Part shown: positions 33,923-45,129 of the stretch, piece after piece
Layout: the number at the start of each line of letters is the position of its first letter
How positions within the stretch are numbered: position 1 is the first letter of the stretch
Assembly: GCA_002269645.1 (NCBI GenBank)
Contig: NIVC01001733.1
Span: 1 to 64,000 of the forward strand
Source of the DNA: Macrostomum lignano
Lineage: Eukaryota
DNA: 64,000 nucleotides
Direction: 5' to 3'
Notes under the pieces: generated by a model
The model's input: the letters and a program-made list of their open reading frames with translations, nothing else
What the model was told of the DNA's origin: nothing
The model's database searches: none
Translations under genes and position numbers: made by a program

Positions 33923-36900
33923 TCAGGAGAGTCCAACATCCGGCACCTGGCTGTAGATGCCAGTCATGACGCCCACGCTGATGGCCAGAAAGATCCAGAA
34001 CAGCAGCCGGTCCACCAGCCTGGCCAGCGTCACCCAGGCCTCCGGGCCGCTGCACACGCAGTTCACTAGCTGGTCGGGCCCCGCACTGTCTCGAAGACGC
34101 CGACTGCCCGGTGGCAGCGGCTGCTGACAGCGGCGGAATCGCTGTGGCGACTCGTCGTAGTCCAGCAGCGACAGGTGGCTCGGCAGGCGAGTCAGCGGCA
34201 TCGGCCGTTCCGGCCCTCCGTTGCACCTGGCCTCCTCCTCGCCAGCGCCGCTGCTGACGCCGTTGTCCCCGAGCACTGCCTGTGGGGCCTCTTCAGGAGG
34301 TTGTCTGGACCGCGGCGGCTGGCTGAAGCTGAGCAGCCGGCTGACGTTGCCGCCAACGCCGCAGCGCGAGTCGCCTTGGAAATTGCGCCTCTGACGCCGC
34401 CGCCTCAGCTTCCGGCAGGCCTCGCAGTGCCAGGCGCGAAGGAAGGCGCGAATGAGGCGCGGCGGCAGCTGGCTGGGCGAGCAGGTGAACTTGCGCACGT
34501 GGATGTTGGTGACGATGACGCCCATCACTAGGGCTAGCGAAACCATCACCATGGTAACGCCGAATAGGACGCCTGAAAGTTGGTGATCGGGAGGAGACAG
34601 CTGCCGTTTCAGACTATATCTAGCCCTTTCTAGCTATAATAAAAAAACTAGTGCTATCGATTGCCAGAGCCCGGTCAGCCTTCTGATCATGTGTCTATGC
34701 AAGATTTTATTGAAGACATTTGCTGACGAAAACTGGAAGAATTCGTTTTCAAAAGTGCAGGCCGTGTTTTTCAATTCGAGAGCAGAAAAACACGCGACCG
34801 GCAGAGAGCAACAGGGAGTGACAATTTTGGGGGCGCAGCTGAAGTAAGTTGCCATTTTCTCAAGGACCGCTCAGCCTCCTGGATCGGACAGCTGCCGCTG
34901 ACTTCCGTCCTCTCGACTTCCCCTCCGCCTGCAAGTGGCCCGGGGCCACTGGGGAAGACTGGGCGGCTCTCTGATGAAGCTCCGGTCCTGAGATGAGATT
35001 GTCTCGAGTTACGGGCCGGAACATGCAGAGTGCAGGAAATCAATCAATATTAGTATTTCTCTCAGCTTTTGTTTGTACACAGACACGGGAAAATTAACTG
35101 CCGGGATGAAGGGCCCAGACTCAGATTATAAACAGGCGATTAACAGGCGGAACAAGCCGGCAAATCCGGGATTCGGTGACCGGCGTGCCGCTCGAGAGTC
35201 TGCAGCTGTCAGGTAGGAAGAGAATCGCTCACTTTTTCGCCTGAGTGAATTGCCGACTTTCTTCCCGAGTCGACAGTTTGGAAAAGTCAATTTCGCTTCT
35301 CGTGCTTCGCCAGTCCCGCTGAGCGGCCGAGACAAATCCTCTTAAGTCTGGTAAAGAAGCAACCATGACACGAAGAGCTCCGCCTCTAGCAGAGATTTAA
35401 TCCCCAAAAAAGCTCGGAGATTTCTAAACTGGGATGCACTTTGCGGTTGAGCTTAATTCTCCTTGTCTGTCCGATCCCGCTTTGAAATTAGGAGTGCCAA
35501 GTTTCAAGCCGCTTCACCGCTGGATAAGCAATCCAATCTAGCTGCTCGCAGTTGGCCTGCAGACTCACCAACCAGCGGAATGGCGTCCGGAGTCGGCGGC
35601 AGGGTGTCGCCTACGATGAGCAGGAACACCACCAGGGCCAGCAGGATGGTGAGCTCCAGGTTGACCTTCTCGCCGCTCTCGATCGGCAGAAAGAAGCCCA
35701 GAAAGCTGGCCAGGTACATCAGCAGGCAGGGGAAGATGAGGTTGAACACGTAGAACAGAGACCGCCGGGTCATGTCTACGATGATGGTGACGTCCGGCCA
35801 GGGCTCCGGGCAGCAGGCGTAGAACCCGACGTCTCGCTTGAAGGAGATGCCGGACACGTTCCACTCCTGGTTGTCTTCCACGTAGTAGTTCTTGTTGGCG
35901 TCCACCTCCTCGTCGTGCCAGACGTCCACCTCGTGCAGGTGGTAGGTCCAGCTGATGAAGGTCGTCATGCAGGTCTGCTTGTCGAATGGGAAGTAGCGCA
36001 CATTCAGAGTGCACGTGACCTTCACCACTGCCGGGAACATCCACAGGACGGAGCCGTTGTTCCACACGATCACGTTTGTGGTCATGAACTTCTTGCTGCT
36101 CTCGTCCGCACTGCAGTTGAGAGTTGCAGGTCCGCCGTCACTCACTCACTCACTCACTCACTCATTCACTCACTCACTCACTCACTCACTCACTCACTCA
36201 TTCACTCACTCACTCACTCACTCACTCACTCACTCACTCACTCATTCACTCACTCACTCACTCACTCACTCACTCACTCACTCACTCACTCACTCACTCA
36301 CTCACTCACTCACTCACTCACTCACTTACTTACTCACTCACTCACTCACTTACTCACTTACTCACTCACTCACTCACTCACTCACTCACTCACTCACTCA
36401 CTCACTTACTTACTCACTCACTCACTCACTCACTCACTCACTCACTCACTCACTCACTCACTCACTCACTCACTCACTCACTCACTCATTCACTCACTCA
36501 CTCACTCACACACTCACTCACTCTAATTTTGAGCATAGTTACTAAAACTCTCCATTTTTAAGAATTTAATTTGTTATTCGCTCCTTCGGATTACCCTAAG
36601 CCAGCTGGTAGAAGCTTAAAATCCAGTTGCTTTAAAAAGGAATCATTCCATTTATCAAACAAGCAGCTTTCCCTGCAGCAAAAAAACTAACAAGTGAAGC
36701 ACGAGCCAAGCCAAGAGTCTGCTGGTGCGGCACCGGCCCAGCCAAAAGGCATGCAGAATGAGGCCTCATCAATGATGCTCAAAGGATGGAGGAGGCAGAT
36801 AAGCCCACAGAATTTCTGGGGAGGTGGACTGGTAGCTTATCCCCCACTGCCAGAGAAGTGGGATCATAAAACTGTTTTGGGGATTTTTGCTCATCGGGAC

Positions 36901-39900
36901 ACCCTCCCCTCACAGCCGGACAACGGAAAGGCAGGAAATGATGAGGCAGCGGCACCTGTGAAATAGCAGGGCTTGAGCACGAGAACGGGGCGCATTGGGA
37001 ACAGCGGATGGAGAGTCCGGAAGCAACACAGGGAATTTTAATGACCAGCTGCCCGCCTCCGCCATCCATCGCTTCCCGGCTTCTCTGCCACTTTTTGTTG
37101 CTTGCCACTGAACTGTTGCCACAGCAGGCACCTGACCAATGTCTGCTAGAACTGTTGCCACAGCAGGCACCTGACCAATGTCTGCTAGAACTGTTGCCAC
37201 AGCAGGCACCTGACCAATGTCCGCTAGAACTGTTGCCACAGCAGGCACCTGACCAATGTCCGCTAGAACTGTTGCCACAGCAGGCACCTGACCAATGTCT
37301 GCTAGAACTGTTGCCACAGCAGGCACCTGACCAATGTCCGCTAGAACTGTTGCCACAGCAGGCACCTGACCAATGTCCGCTAGAACTGTTGCCACAGCAG
37401 GCACCCGACCTAGCGGTGTGTTGCATCTTGGTTTAACGGTATTTTCAAGCGGTCATTGCACCAGATACAGAGTTGATAAATAATAGTGCAGTAAATATTT
37501 GCATTCCATTTTGATTAGGCAAAATCCACGTCTAGATTTGGTGATGTTCGAGCGTGTGTATGATATATATATGAAGATGAATTGTTCATTCTTAATAGTA
37601 ATGACTGATTAGCTCTGCGCTTCTTCTATGCAAGATGGTCAAATATCGTCGGTAAATTCATTCTGCCGACTGGAATGCATGAAGTACACATGGAGATATA
37701 CCTACTGGCTGAGCCAGGCTTGCAGTGTAGGGTTTGGGGCCCACTCTCTGGGAATTTGATGCAACACTGAGAGAATTTACCTTGATTGATTAGAACCTGC
37801 AACTAATCTCACTGATAACCCTCACCCACCCACTGCCAGCCCTTACCCACACACTGCCAGCCCTCACCCACACACTGCCAGCCCTCACCCACACACTGCC
37901 AGCCCTCACCCACACACTGCCAGCCCTCACCCACACACTGCCAGCCCTCACCCACACACTGCTAGCCCTCACCCACACACTGCTAGCCCTCACCCACACA
38001 CTGCATTGATAACCCTCACCCACACACTGATAACCCTCACCCACACACTGCCAGCCCTCACCCACACACTGCAAGCCCTCACCTACCCACTGCATTGATA
38101 ACCCTCACCCACACACTGATAACCCTCACCCACACACTGCCAGCCCTCACCCACACACTGCAAGCCCTCACCTACCCACTGCACTGATAACCCTCACCCA
38201 CCCATTGCACTGATAACCCTCACCCACGCACTGATAACCCTCACCCACCCATTGCACTGATAACCCTCACCCACGCACTGATAACCCTCACCCACGCACT
38301 GATAACCCTCACCCACGCACTGATAACCCTCACCCACCCATTGCACTGATAACCCTCACCCACGCACTGATAACCCTCACCCACGCACTGATAACCCTCA
38401 CTACCCACTGATAACCCTCACCCACCCACAGCTAACCCTCACTTTTAGCAGTCGATAAAAATTCAATAAATCACGTGCAGTCGGCATGCTGCGAAATCAA
38501 AAGTTTGAGAGCAAGGCGAAGAGCAATTAATAAAAGTTTCAGGTACTTGAGCACATTTTGTTTAAACAAAAGCTCTCACCTGATGGAATGAGAATGGCTG
38601 AAACAAGCATGGGGGCTCACGTATGTTTTGCGCTCACTTTACAAAATCAGATTTGACTCAAGCATCACACTGTCACGTCATGTCAACCCATGTCATTCAG
38701 GCAAAAAATCACCCAGCTGGGCAATACCTGTTCGATATGACAATATCCGGTGTCCAAATTGCGCTGGAGGGAATATGCAAATTCGTGGTGCCGTTGTAGT
38801 CGGCCGGGTCCCAGTTCAGGTACTCGTCAGTCCAGCGCTGAGGAAAGGGTTAAACCAGCTTGGAATATGTCTATGGCCAATGGGAATAGTTGCCTTCGAC
38901 GGGGAGTTCCAATTTGTGAAAGCGGAACTCCGAAAATTATCCCTAATTTGCTAACAATGGCGGCTCCTTCGGTGTGTTTGGGCCGCTGCTCCCTCGGGTC
39001 CTTTGGTGTGTTTGGGCCGCTGCTCCCTCGGGTCCTTTGGTGTATTTGGACCGCTGTTCCCTCGGGTCCTTCGGTGTGTTTGGGCCGCTGCTCCCTCAGG
39101 TCCTTTGGTGTGTTTGGGCCGCTGCTCCGTCGGGTCCTTTTTGGTGTGTTTGGGCCGCTGCTCCCTCGGGTCCTTTGGTGTATTTGGACCGCTGCTCCCT
39201 TGGGTCCTTTGGTGTATTTGGACCGCTGCTCCCTCGGGTCCTTCGGTGTGTTTGGGCCGCTGCTCCCTCGGGTCCTTCGGTGTGTTTGGGCCGCTGCTCC
39301 CTCGGGTCCTTCGGTGTGTTTGGGCCGCTGCTTCCTCGGGTCCTTCGGTGTCTTTGGGCCGCTGCTCCCTCGGGTCCTTCGGTGTGTTTGGACCGCTGCT
39401 CCCTCGGGTCCTTCGGTGTGTTTGGGCCGCTGCTCCCTCGGGTCCTTCGGTGTGTTTGGGCCGCTGCTCCCTCGGGTTCTTCGGTGTGTTTGGACCGCTG
39501 CTTCCTCGGGTCCTTCGGTGTGTTTGGGCCGCTGCTCCCTCGGGTCCTTTGGTGTGTTTGGGCCGCTGCTCCCTCGGGTCCTTTGGTGTATTTGGACCGC
39601 TGTTCCCTCGGGTCCTTCGGTGTGTTTGGGCCGCTGCTCCCTCAGGTCCTTTGGTGTGTTTGGGCCGCTGCTCCGTCGGGTCCTTTTTGGTGTGTTTGGG
39701 CCGCTGCTCCCTCGGGTCCTTTGGTGTATTTGGACCGCTGCTCCCTTGGGTCCTTTGGTGTATTTGGACCGCTGCTCCCTCGGGTCCTTCGGTGTGTTTG
39801 GGCCGCTGCTCCCTCGGGTCCTTCGGTGTGTTTGGGCCGCTGCTCCCTCGGGTCCTTCGGTGTGTTTGGGCCGCTGCTTCCTCGGGTCCTTCGGTGTCTT

Positions 39901-41438
39901 TGGGCCGCTGCTCCCTCGGGTCCTTCGGTGTGTTTGGACCGCTGCTCCCTCGGGTCCTTCGGTGTGTTTGGGCCGCTGCTCCCTCGGGTCCTTCGGTGTG
40001 TTTGGGCCGCTGCTCCCTCGGGTCCTTCGGTGTTCAGGCCGCTGCTCCCTCGGGTCCTTCGGTGTTTGGGCCGCTGCTCCCTCGGGTCCTTCGGTGTGTT
40101 TGGGCCGCTGCTCCCTCGGGTCCTTCGGTGTGTTTGGGCCGCTGCTCCCTCGGGTTCTTCAGTGTGCTTGGGTCATGTCCTTCAGTGGTCATCGCGTGTC
40201 TTTTTTCTAATAATAATAATAATATTAGTAATAATAATTGATTAAAACAGCTTCAATTGGGCCAGATGTGCAACCGACAGCTCAGCCGCAGCTATTGCGC
40301 GGCGCGTCTGAAGGCTGCGTACGGCTGTTCAGTCCAAGGACTGGGGCACACCCTAAATTACCCCAGCTAATGCTGGCACCCATTTTACAGGTGAGTGAAC
40401 TGAAGTAGAGTTGTGTCTTGTTCAAGGACAACTTGTTCCGATTGGGTCGAGAATCGAACCCCCGACCTTTCATTAGTGATTCCACCGCTCTAATCACTAG
40501 GGGGCTACAAGCCCTTTCTTTTTTGCCATTTCCAAACGTATTTTATATTGAAGAGCATTTTGAAAAGCGAAAACAGCCACAAGAGACCTGGCCCAAATTT
40601 TAAAGTCCTTTCGGAAGATGATAAACATTACAGAAGAAGGATAACTACTGGCTCTATCGTTTCTGTCTGAGATTTTTAGTCTGACTTTGATCTTCAGTGC
40701 TCCAGGCTGTTCTGCCCAGGAACACGTTTGAGTTTGAATAGCGAGTGACCGCCGAGGTAACTGAAATTTAATTGAAAACGAAAGCTGCACAGGCTAAGAA
40801 AGCATTTCTCTCAGCTCAGGTGTCTAATGTCCTGTCTATCCGATATTTTCACCTTTTTCTATACCCCATATGTAATCTTGCTCTCCAACCGACTGTGTGC
40901 TCTTCCCAATGAGCACTGCTCGTCAGCACAACAAAGAGCGAAGCTGCACTCACCAATCTGATTGACATCAGGGCCGAGAAAGTCTGATGTTTTTCATCCT
41001 GCAACCAGTTCAGTGAGGCCGTGTGAAAATGTTTTGTCAGATCAAGGGCTTTGGTAAATTGGCTTGCTAGGATTGAGGATACCAGTGCCCAGTGTTACGC
41101 AATGCACTGACCGTATCCAGGATGTGAAACAGCGCCACAGCGAGATGCACCCGGATTTGGGCGCTGTCGTCCTGCACAGGCCTGGATGTCCTGTCGTAGC
41201 CGCACAGCAGAGCCTCTTTGACTCGCTGCTCATTGGAACAGGTCCGCCGGAGGCAGTGGTCCAGGCACTGGTTGGCCAGGCGGTTGATGGTGTCCGAGCG
41301 GCCGCTGCCGCTGTAGCCGCTGTCCGAGCCCCGGCCTGAGGCGGCCGTGCCCAAGTTGTTCACCTTGGAGGCCCGGATACTTGCGGCAGTTAGCGCAGCC
41401 AGCAGTGCGCAGAGGACTGGCAGCTGCCGGGCTGACAT
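33923..41438 (-). CDS. CHRNA9/10-like: Nicotinic acetylcholine receptor alpha-type subunit (alpha7/9/10-like Cys-loop receptor), about 557 aa; exons 41438-41112, 40998-40954, 38837-38728, 36110-35569, 34572-33923
   Basis: Signal peptide MSARQLPVLCALLAALTAASIRA; NEQRVKEALLCGYDRTSRPV; the classic 45-nt (DEKHQTFSALMSIRL) and 110-nt (RWTDEYLNWDP...IWTPDIVISN) exons; Cys loop CTLNVRYFPFDKQTC; vicinal Cys FYACCPEPWPDV; TM1-TM4 with ESGEKV. All introns GT-AG; 1674 nt in one frame with no frameshift. Confidence 0.95.
36138..36523. repeat. (CACT)n tetranucleotide microsatellite, about 96 units, in nAChR intron 3
   Basis: Direct reading; occasional CATT and TACT/CTTA variants. Confidence 0.98.
37106..37410. 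repeat. 39-bp minisatellite, about 8 copies
   Basis: Unit GTTGCCACAGCAGGCACCTGACCAATGTC(T/C)GCTAGAACT. Confidence 0.95.
37812..38440. repeat. About 21-bp minisatellite
   Basis: Unit CCCTCACCCACACACTG(CCAG/ATAA) with variants. Confidence 0.92.
38962..40172. repeat. 34-bp minisatellite with a roughly 546-bp internal duplication
   Basis: Unit GGTGTGTTTGGGCCGCTGCTCCCTCGGGTCCTT(C/T); the rare CTCAGG variant at 39098 recurs at 39644. Confidence 0.96.
40205..40508 (-). mobile_element. tRNA-derived SINE with CORE-like domain and (TTA)n tail
   Basis: The minus strand reads GTAGCCCCCTAGTGATTAGAGCGG...GGGGTTCGATTCTCG (A/B-box-like), then GTCCTTGAACAAGACAC...CACCTGTAAAATGGG, which resembles the CORE-SINE consensus, and ends in TTA repeats. 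Confidence 0.65.
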
Positions 41439-43290
41439 AGACTGGCTGAACTGCTGCCTACTGTAACGATTCCTGTACAGGCCTGGGAGAGATCGATAGC
41501 CCAAAGCTGTATCGGCAGATTTTAAACCGTTTGGTAGTGAAATCGGCAATATGAGGAGAGTTGGCTGCCGTCAGCCAATCGCATTGAAGCTGCGCTACTG
41601 CATTTTGAGGCTCTCTACGATTGAACAGCGGACTGTCAGCCTGTGGGGAGGACTTTGCCCGGCTGAACTGAGTCCAGCTTGATGCGGTTGATGCTTTTAG
41701 ACTAAAGTTTCCCGCCAGTCAGTCAATCCAATTAGCGGTCAGACTGTTTCATAGCCTGCATGGCAGCGCTGGGGTGATTGTAATTTTTACAAGCTCCACT
41801 GCCCGGCGCACTATGCCTGCTGCAGTGCTGTTCCGGTGGCAAATTGCAATTAAAACAAAGCGCACACACGAAGGCCTGGTTCGTAATTGACTCGAGAAGG
41901 CTGCTTGCACCAGCGATTCATTTATCCCAGCTGATCGAGTGAGGCCGGGTGAGTACACTGGCAAATAAATTTTCTTATCACTAGATAAAAGTTTCTGTGT
42001 CTACTGAAAGTAGCCACCTACATAGCTAAATTCCTATGATCAAATTTTAATTTTCAACTAGTTGGCAGTCAGGTTGGTCGAGCAGGACCAGCCCGGCCAG
42101 GTGAGCCTCCGGTAACGCCGCAGATCCGTGAAAACGTCCGAGACTAGACCATCGAGATAGGGGAGCTTCTGACATCGCCTGAACCGATGTACGAGATACA
42201 TGTCACGTGACTGACAGTCAATTTATCTGCCTGTTATGCATGTAAACTCCATAGATAGCTGCATTTTTGGCATTTCAAAGTTGAGAATCGAAGTACAAGA
42301 GCGAGGATTTTCGCATGTGAGGCTTTCTAGCTAGCTCTGCTCAGCTCACTTTGAGAAGTTTAGATGTACCTTTCCAAAACCCCTGAGCAGAGTTGCGATT
42401 CACAGCCATGAGGACCAAACAGAGAGTGTTATTCATTCATTAAAAAGTCAGGGCACTGTACACCCGGTGTGAGCGTGTGTGCGAGTATCCGCACGCTTGT
42501 TCTGACCTTCACCTGTTACAAGTTGAACACTTAGCCCATACCGGCACCCCTCTGCAGCATAGCTTGTAGATAAATGGTAATTTCGAGTTTACACTTTAAG
42601 ATAATAAATGTACACAAAATCCGGAATAGTACCGGTAATATATATTTACTTTTAATTATATCGGTTAAAATTTGTGTCTATATACTCGCAGAATCAAAGC
42701 AGGGACAAAAAATAGGCGAGCAATCCATACAGGTAGATGGCGGGCTGGTGTTGGGGACTCAAATAGGACTATAATGAGATCAGTAAAGCAATGAGCGGAA
42801 CAAAGCCGTGATTAACAATCAGTCACTCTGAATGCTGTAATCTTGCTCTACTGGAACAAGCTTTGCTGGGGTGCGGCTTTAAAAGGGCGAGTGCAGGTGA
42901 GGCAGCTGATAATTATAGTAGTGCAACAACTGGTAGAAACGCTTTCCATCGGATAGTGCTAGAATAGCGCAATGCACAACAGAAATGAAACGCAAGTGAT
43001 TAAGGATGCTAAAGCAGATTGCTTTTCACTTCGTTCCGAATTCAGTGTACTGTAGAATTTTTTCGCATATTGGGTATTATTGGATATTTTACAGGAAAGT
43101 ATTCGCGCAGGTGCAATCGGTACACGTAAATATTCACCTTAGTGTGCGCCTACAGACGAAAGTGCGCAAACCGTGCCGCCAACGCAGCAATACTCGTACA
43201 AGCAGGTGGTGCATGAACCGCAGTGAAGAGCCATTTCGACTATGCTTGCTGAAGACTTGAGTTAAAGCAATTTTAAGCCTTGCTGTCAAG

Positions 43291-45129
43291 CTACACCACA
43301 ATGTAATTCGAATCGTAGGTGCCACGCGCCGGCTTCGGCGCCTTCACCGCCTGCAGCTCAAGCGACTCCGACGGCGGCGGCGAGGCGGCCGGGGTAGCGG
43401 CAGCTGCAGCTGACTGGCCGGCCGGCTGGCTCCGGTTCGGTGGCGGCAGCACCAGCTGGGCGTAGACCAAGCTGCTGTCGGCCTTGGTAGCCGTTTTGCA
43501 GCCCATCAGCGCCTCGTCGTATGACGGAGGCCCCTGTTGTGGTGAAGGCTTGAGAAGCTCTTTGATTGTGTCCGGCGAAGGCTGGCTGAGCAGCCGTGTG
43601 TAGCTGTCGCGCTGTGGCGAATCAGTCGACTCGGTCTTGGTGTACTCGCCGCTGACGGTGCGACCAGCTTCCGAGGATGGAGGCAGGACGGGATGCTGCC
43701 GAAGGTATTCAACATTGACGAATTCCTCTTCCTCTTCGTCCTCGTCGCAGTTTGCCGACTTCCTGTTGGCGCCAGCACCTTCCTCTTCGTCGTCCTCCAG
43801 GGAGACCTCGGTGAGCCGGTGCAGCACTCGGTTGTTCGTATTCGCTGAGGACCCCTCCGGCTGCTGCTGATGTGACTGACGGTGTGACAGCCTCGGGGGT
43901 GGCGGAGGGGGCGATGACTCTTCGGGGTCGGCGCTCGACTCCTGCTCGTCAAATGTGGGCGCCTCGGAGGGCTTTTCTGTTGCAGGGGTGACCACAACGG
44001 CAGTTGGATAGGAGTAGTAAGTGGCGCCATTTCCACCCCCTTTGTCGCATTCCGGATCTCGAGCAGTTCGGTTGCTGGGCTCGCCGTCGCTTGAAGTGGA
44101 GGACTCTTCGTCTCCAATTTCATCTTCGTCCTCGTTGACTTCCTCATCGCCTTCTAGGCATCCGTGCACCGCATCGCCGTTTCGGTAGGCAGCGGTGTCA
44201 GGGTGATCGGAGCAGCTCAGCTTGTACTCATAGTCATCATCAATATCGAGGTCTCGCCTCTGCGAGCAGATCTTGGCTAAAGCTACGACTAGAACCAGCG
44301 GCACTGCGCCAAGAGCAAACCAGGGCAGGTTGCGCAGAATCCAACCCGTGGTGCGCAGTGAGCTGCCAGCAATAGTCAAGCTTCCATTGATCCACAGAAA
44401 GTCCGAACAACGGCTCGGCTCACTGAACAGATCGAAGCAGTCGTCCTGGAGCGAGCAACTGTTTGGCCCCATGCAGATGCTCGCGAGCGGTTTCGAGCAC
44501 CAGGTGTTCCCGTAGCGATTGCACAAGTCCATTTGCATGGTATTGTTGACAGTATCATTGAACTTGGCGTACGTTGACACCGTGATGTTGACGTGGTTTT
44601 CCTGTCCGCTTACCCTCGCGTCCTCCCAATAGAAGACGACATAGCGGTACTTCATGTACAGGATCGCCGGGTAGGTATGAGAGGTGTCTGACAAGTCGTA
44701 CATCTGATCATTTTCGACTTCCTTTGGGATCTCGCTGGTTTCCGTGTTCACAATGTGAAGCTTCTGGCCTGACAAAAGCTGGGTGATCTTGAGTCGCAGG
44801 TACCAAAAGTTAATCCCGCGCCTGTCTTGCGTGAGCTTGCCAAACGGCACCAGCGGAGTCTTGCAGATTGTCCGCCTCTGAGCCGCTCCAGGCTCTGGAG
44901 CCGTGGTCACTTTGACGTTGCCCTCAATGGTGACCAAGTCCTGCAGGAAGTAGTGATGATCGCACTGATGATTCAGCCGGTTGCCCAGGTGAATCAGTGG
45001 CCTTTCCTCGGGTTCGGACTCGGAGCTGAAGAACTGGCAGTGGCTGGCTTTGATCAGAACAGAAACGATTGCCAAAGCTGTCCAGGTAAAAACAACCTGA
45101 CGATTGAATACGCCAGGCAGGGGTATCAT
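43291..45129 (-). CDS. Single-exon type I membrane protein, 612 aa: signal peptide, CUB-like + LDLa-like ectodomain, one TM, long disordered Tyr-motif tail
   Basis: Uninterrupted ORF; hydrophobic N-terminus ending ...LIKASHC; six-Cys module CNRYGNTWCSKPLASICMGPNSCSLQDDCFDLFSEPSRC; TM LPWFALGAVPLVLVVALAKIC; PPSY, LVYAQL and C-terminal YIVV. Domain names are by resemblance only. Confidence 0.75.
   Translation of the reverse strand: MIPLPGVFNRQVVFTWTALAIVSVLIKASHCQFFSSESEPEERPLIHLGNRLNHQCDHHYFLQDLVTIEGNVKVTTAPEPGAAQRRTICKTPLVPFGKLTQDRRGINFWYLRLKITQLLSGQKLHIVNTETSEIPKEVENDQMYDLSDTSHTYPAILYMKYRYVVFYWEDARVSGQENHVNITVSTYAKFNDTVNNTMQMDLCNRYGNTWCSKPLASICMGPNSCSLQDDCFDLFSEPSRCSDFLWINGSLTIAGSSLRTTGWILRNLPWFALGAVPLVLVVALAKICSQRRDLDIDDDYEYKLSCSDHPDTAAYRNGDAVHGCLEGDEEVNEDEDEIGDEESSTSSDGEPSNRTARDPECDKGGGNGATYYSYPTAVVVTPATEKPSEAPTFDEQESSADPEESSPPPPPPRLSHRQSHQQQPEGSSANTNNRVLHRLTEVSLEDDEEEGAGANRKSANCDEDEEEEEFVNVEYLRQHPVLPPSSEAGRTVSGEYTKTESTDSPQRDSYTRLLSQPSPDTIKELLKPSPQQGPPSYDEALMGCKTATKADSSLVYAQLVLPPPNRSQPAGQSAAAAATPAASPPPSESLELQAVKAPKPARGTYDSNYIVV

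Noticed and set aside
34970-35035. CTGATGA followed by a CCGGTCC/GGGCCGG stem (hammerhead-like)
   Set aside because: The stem is offset from the core and followed by AAC rather than GAAA; stems I and III are not evident.
35552-36561. Plus-strand ORFs with (HSLT)n
   Set aside because: Antisense of nAChR exon 4 plus the CACT microsatellite.
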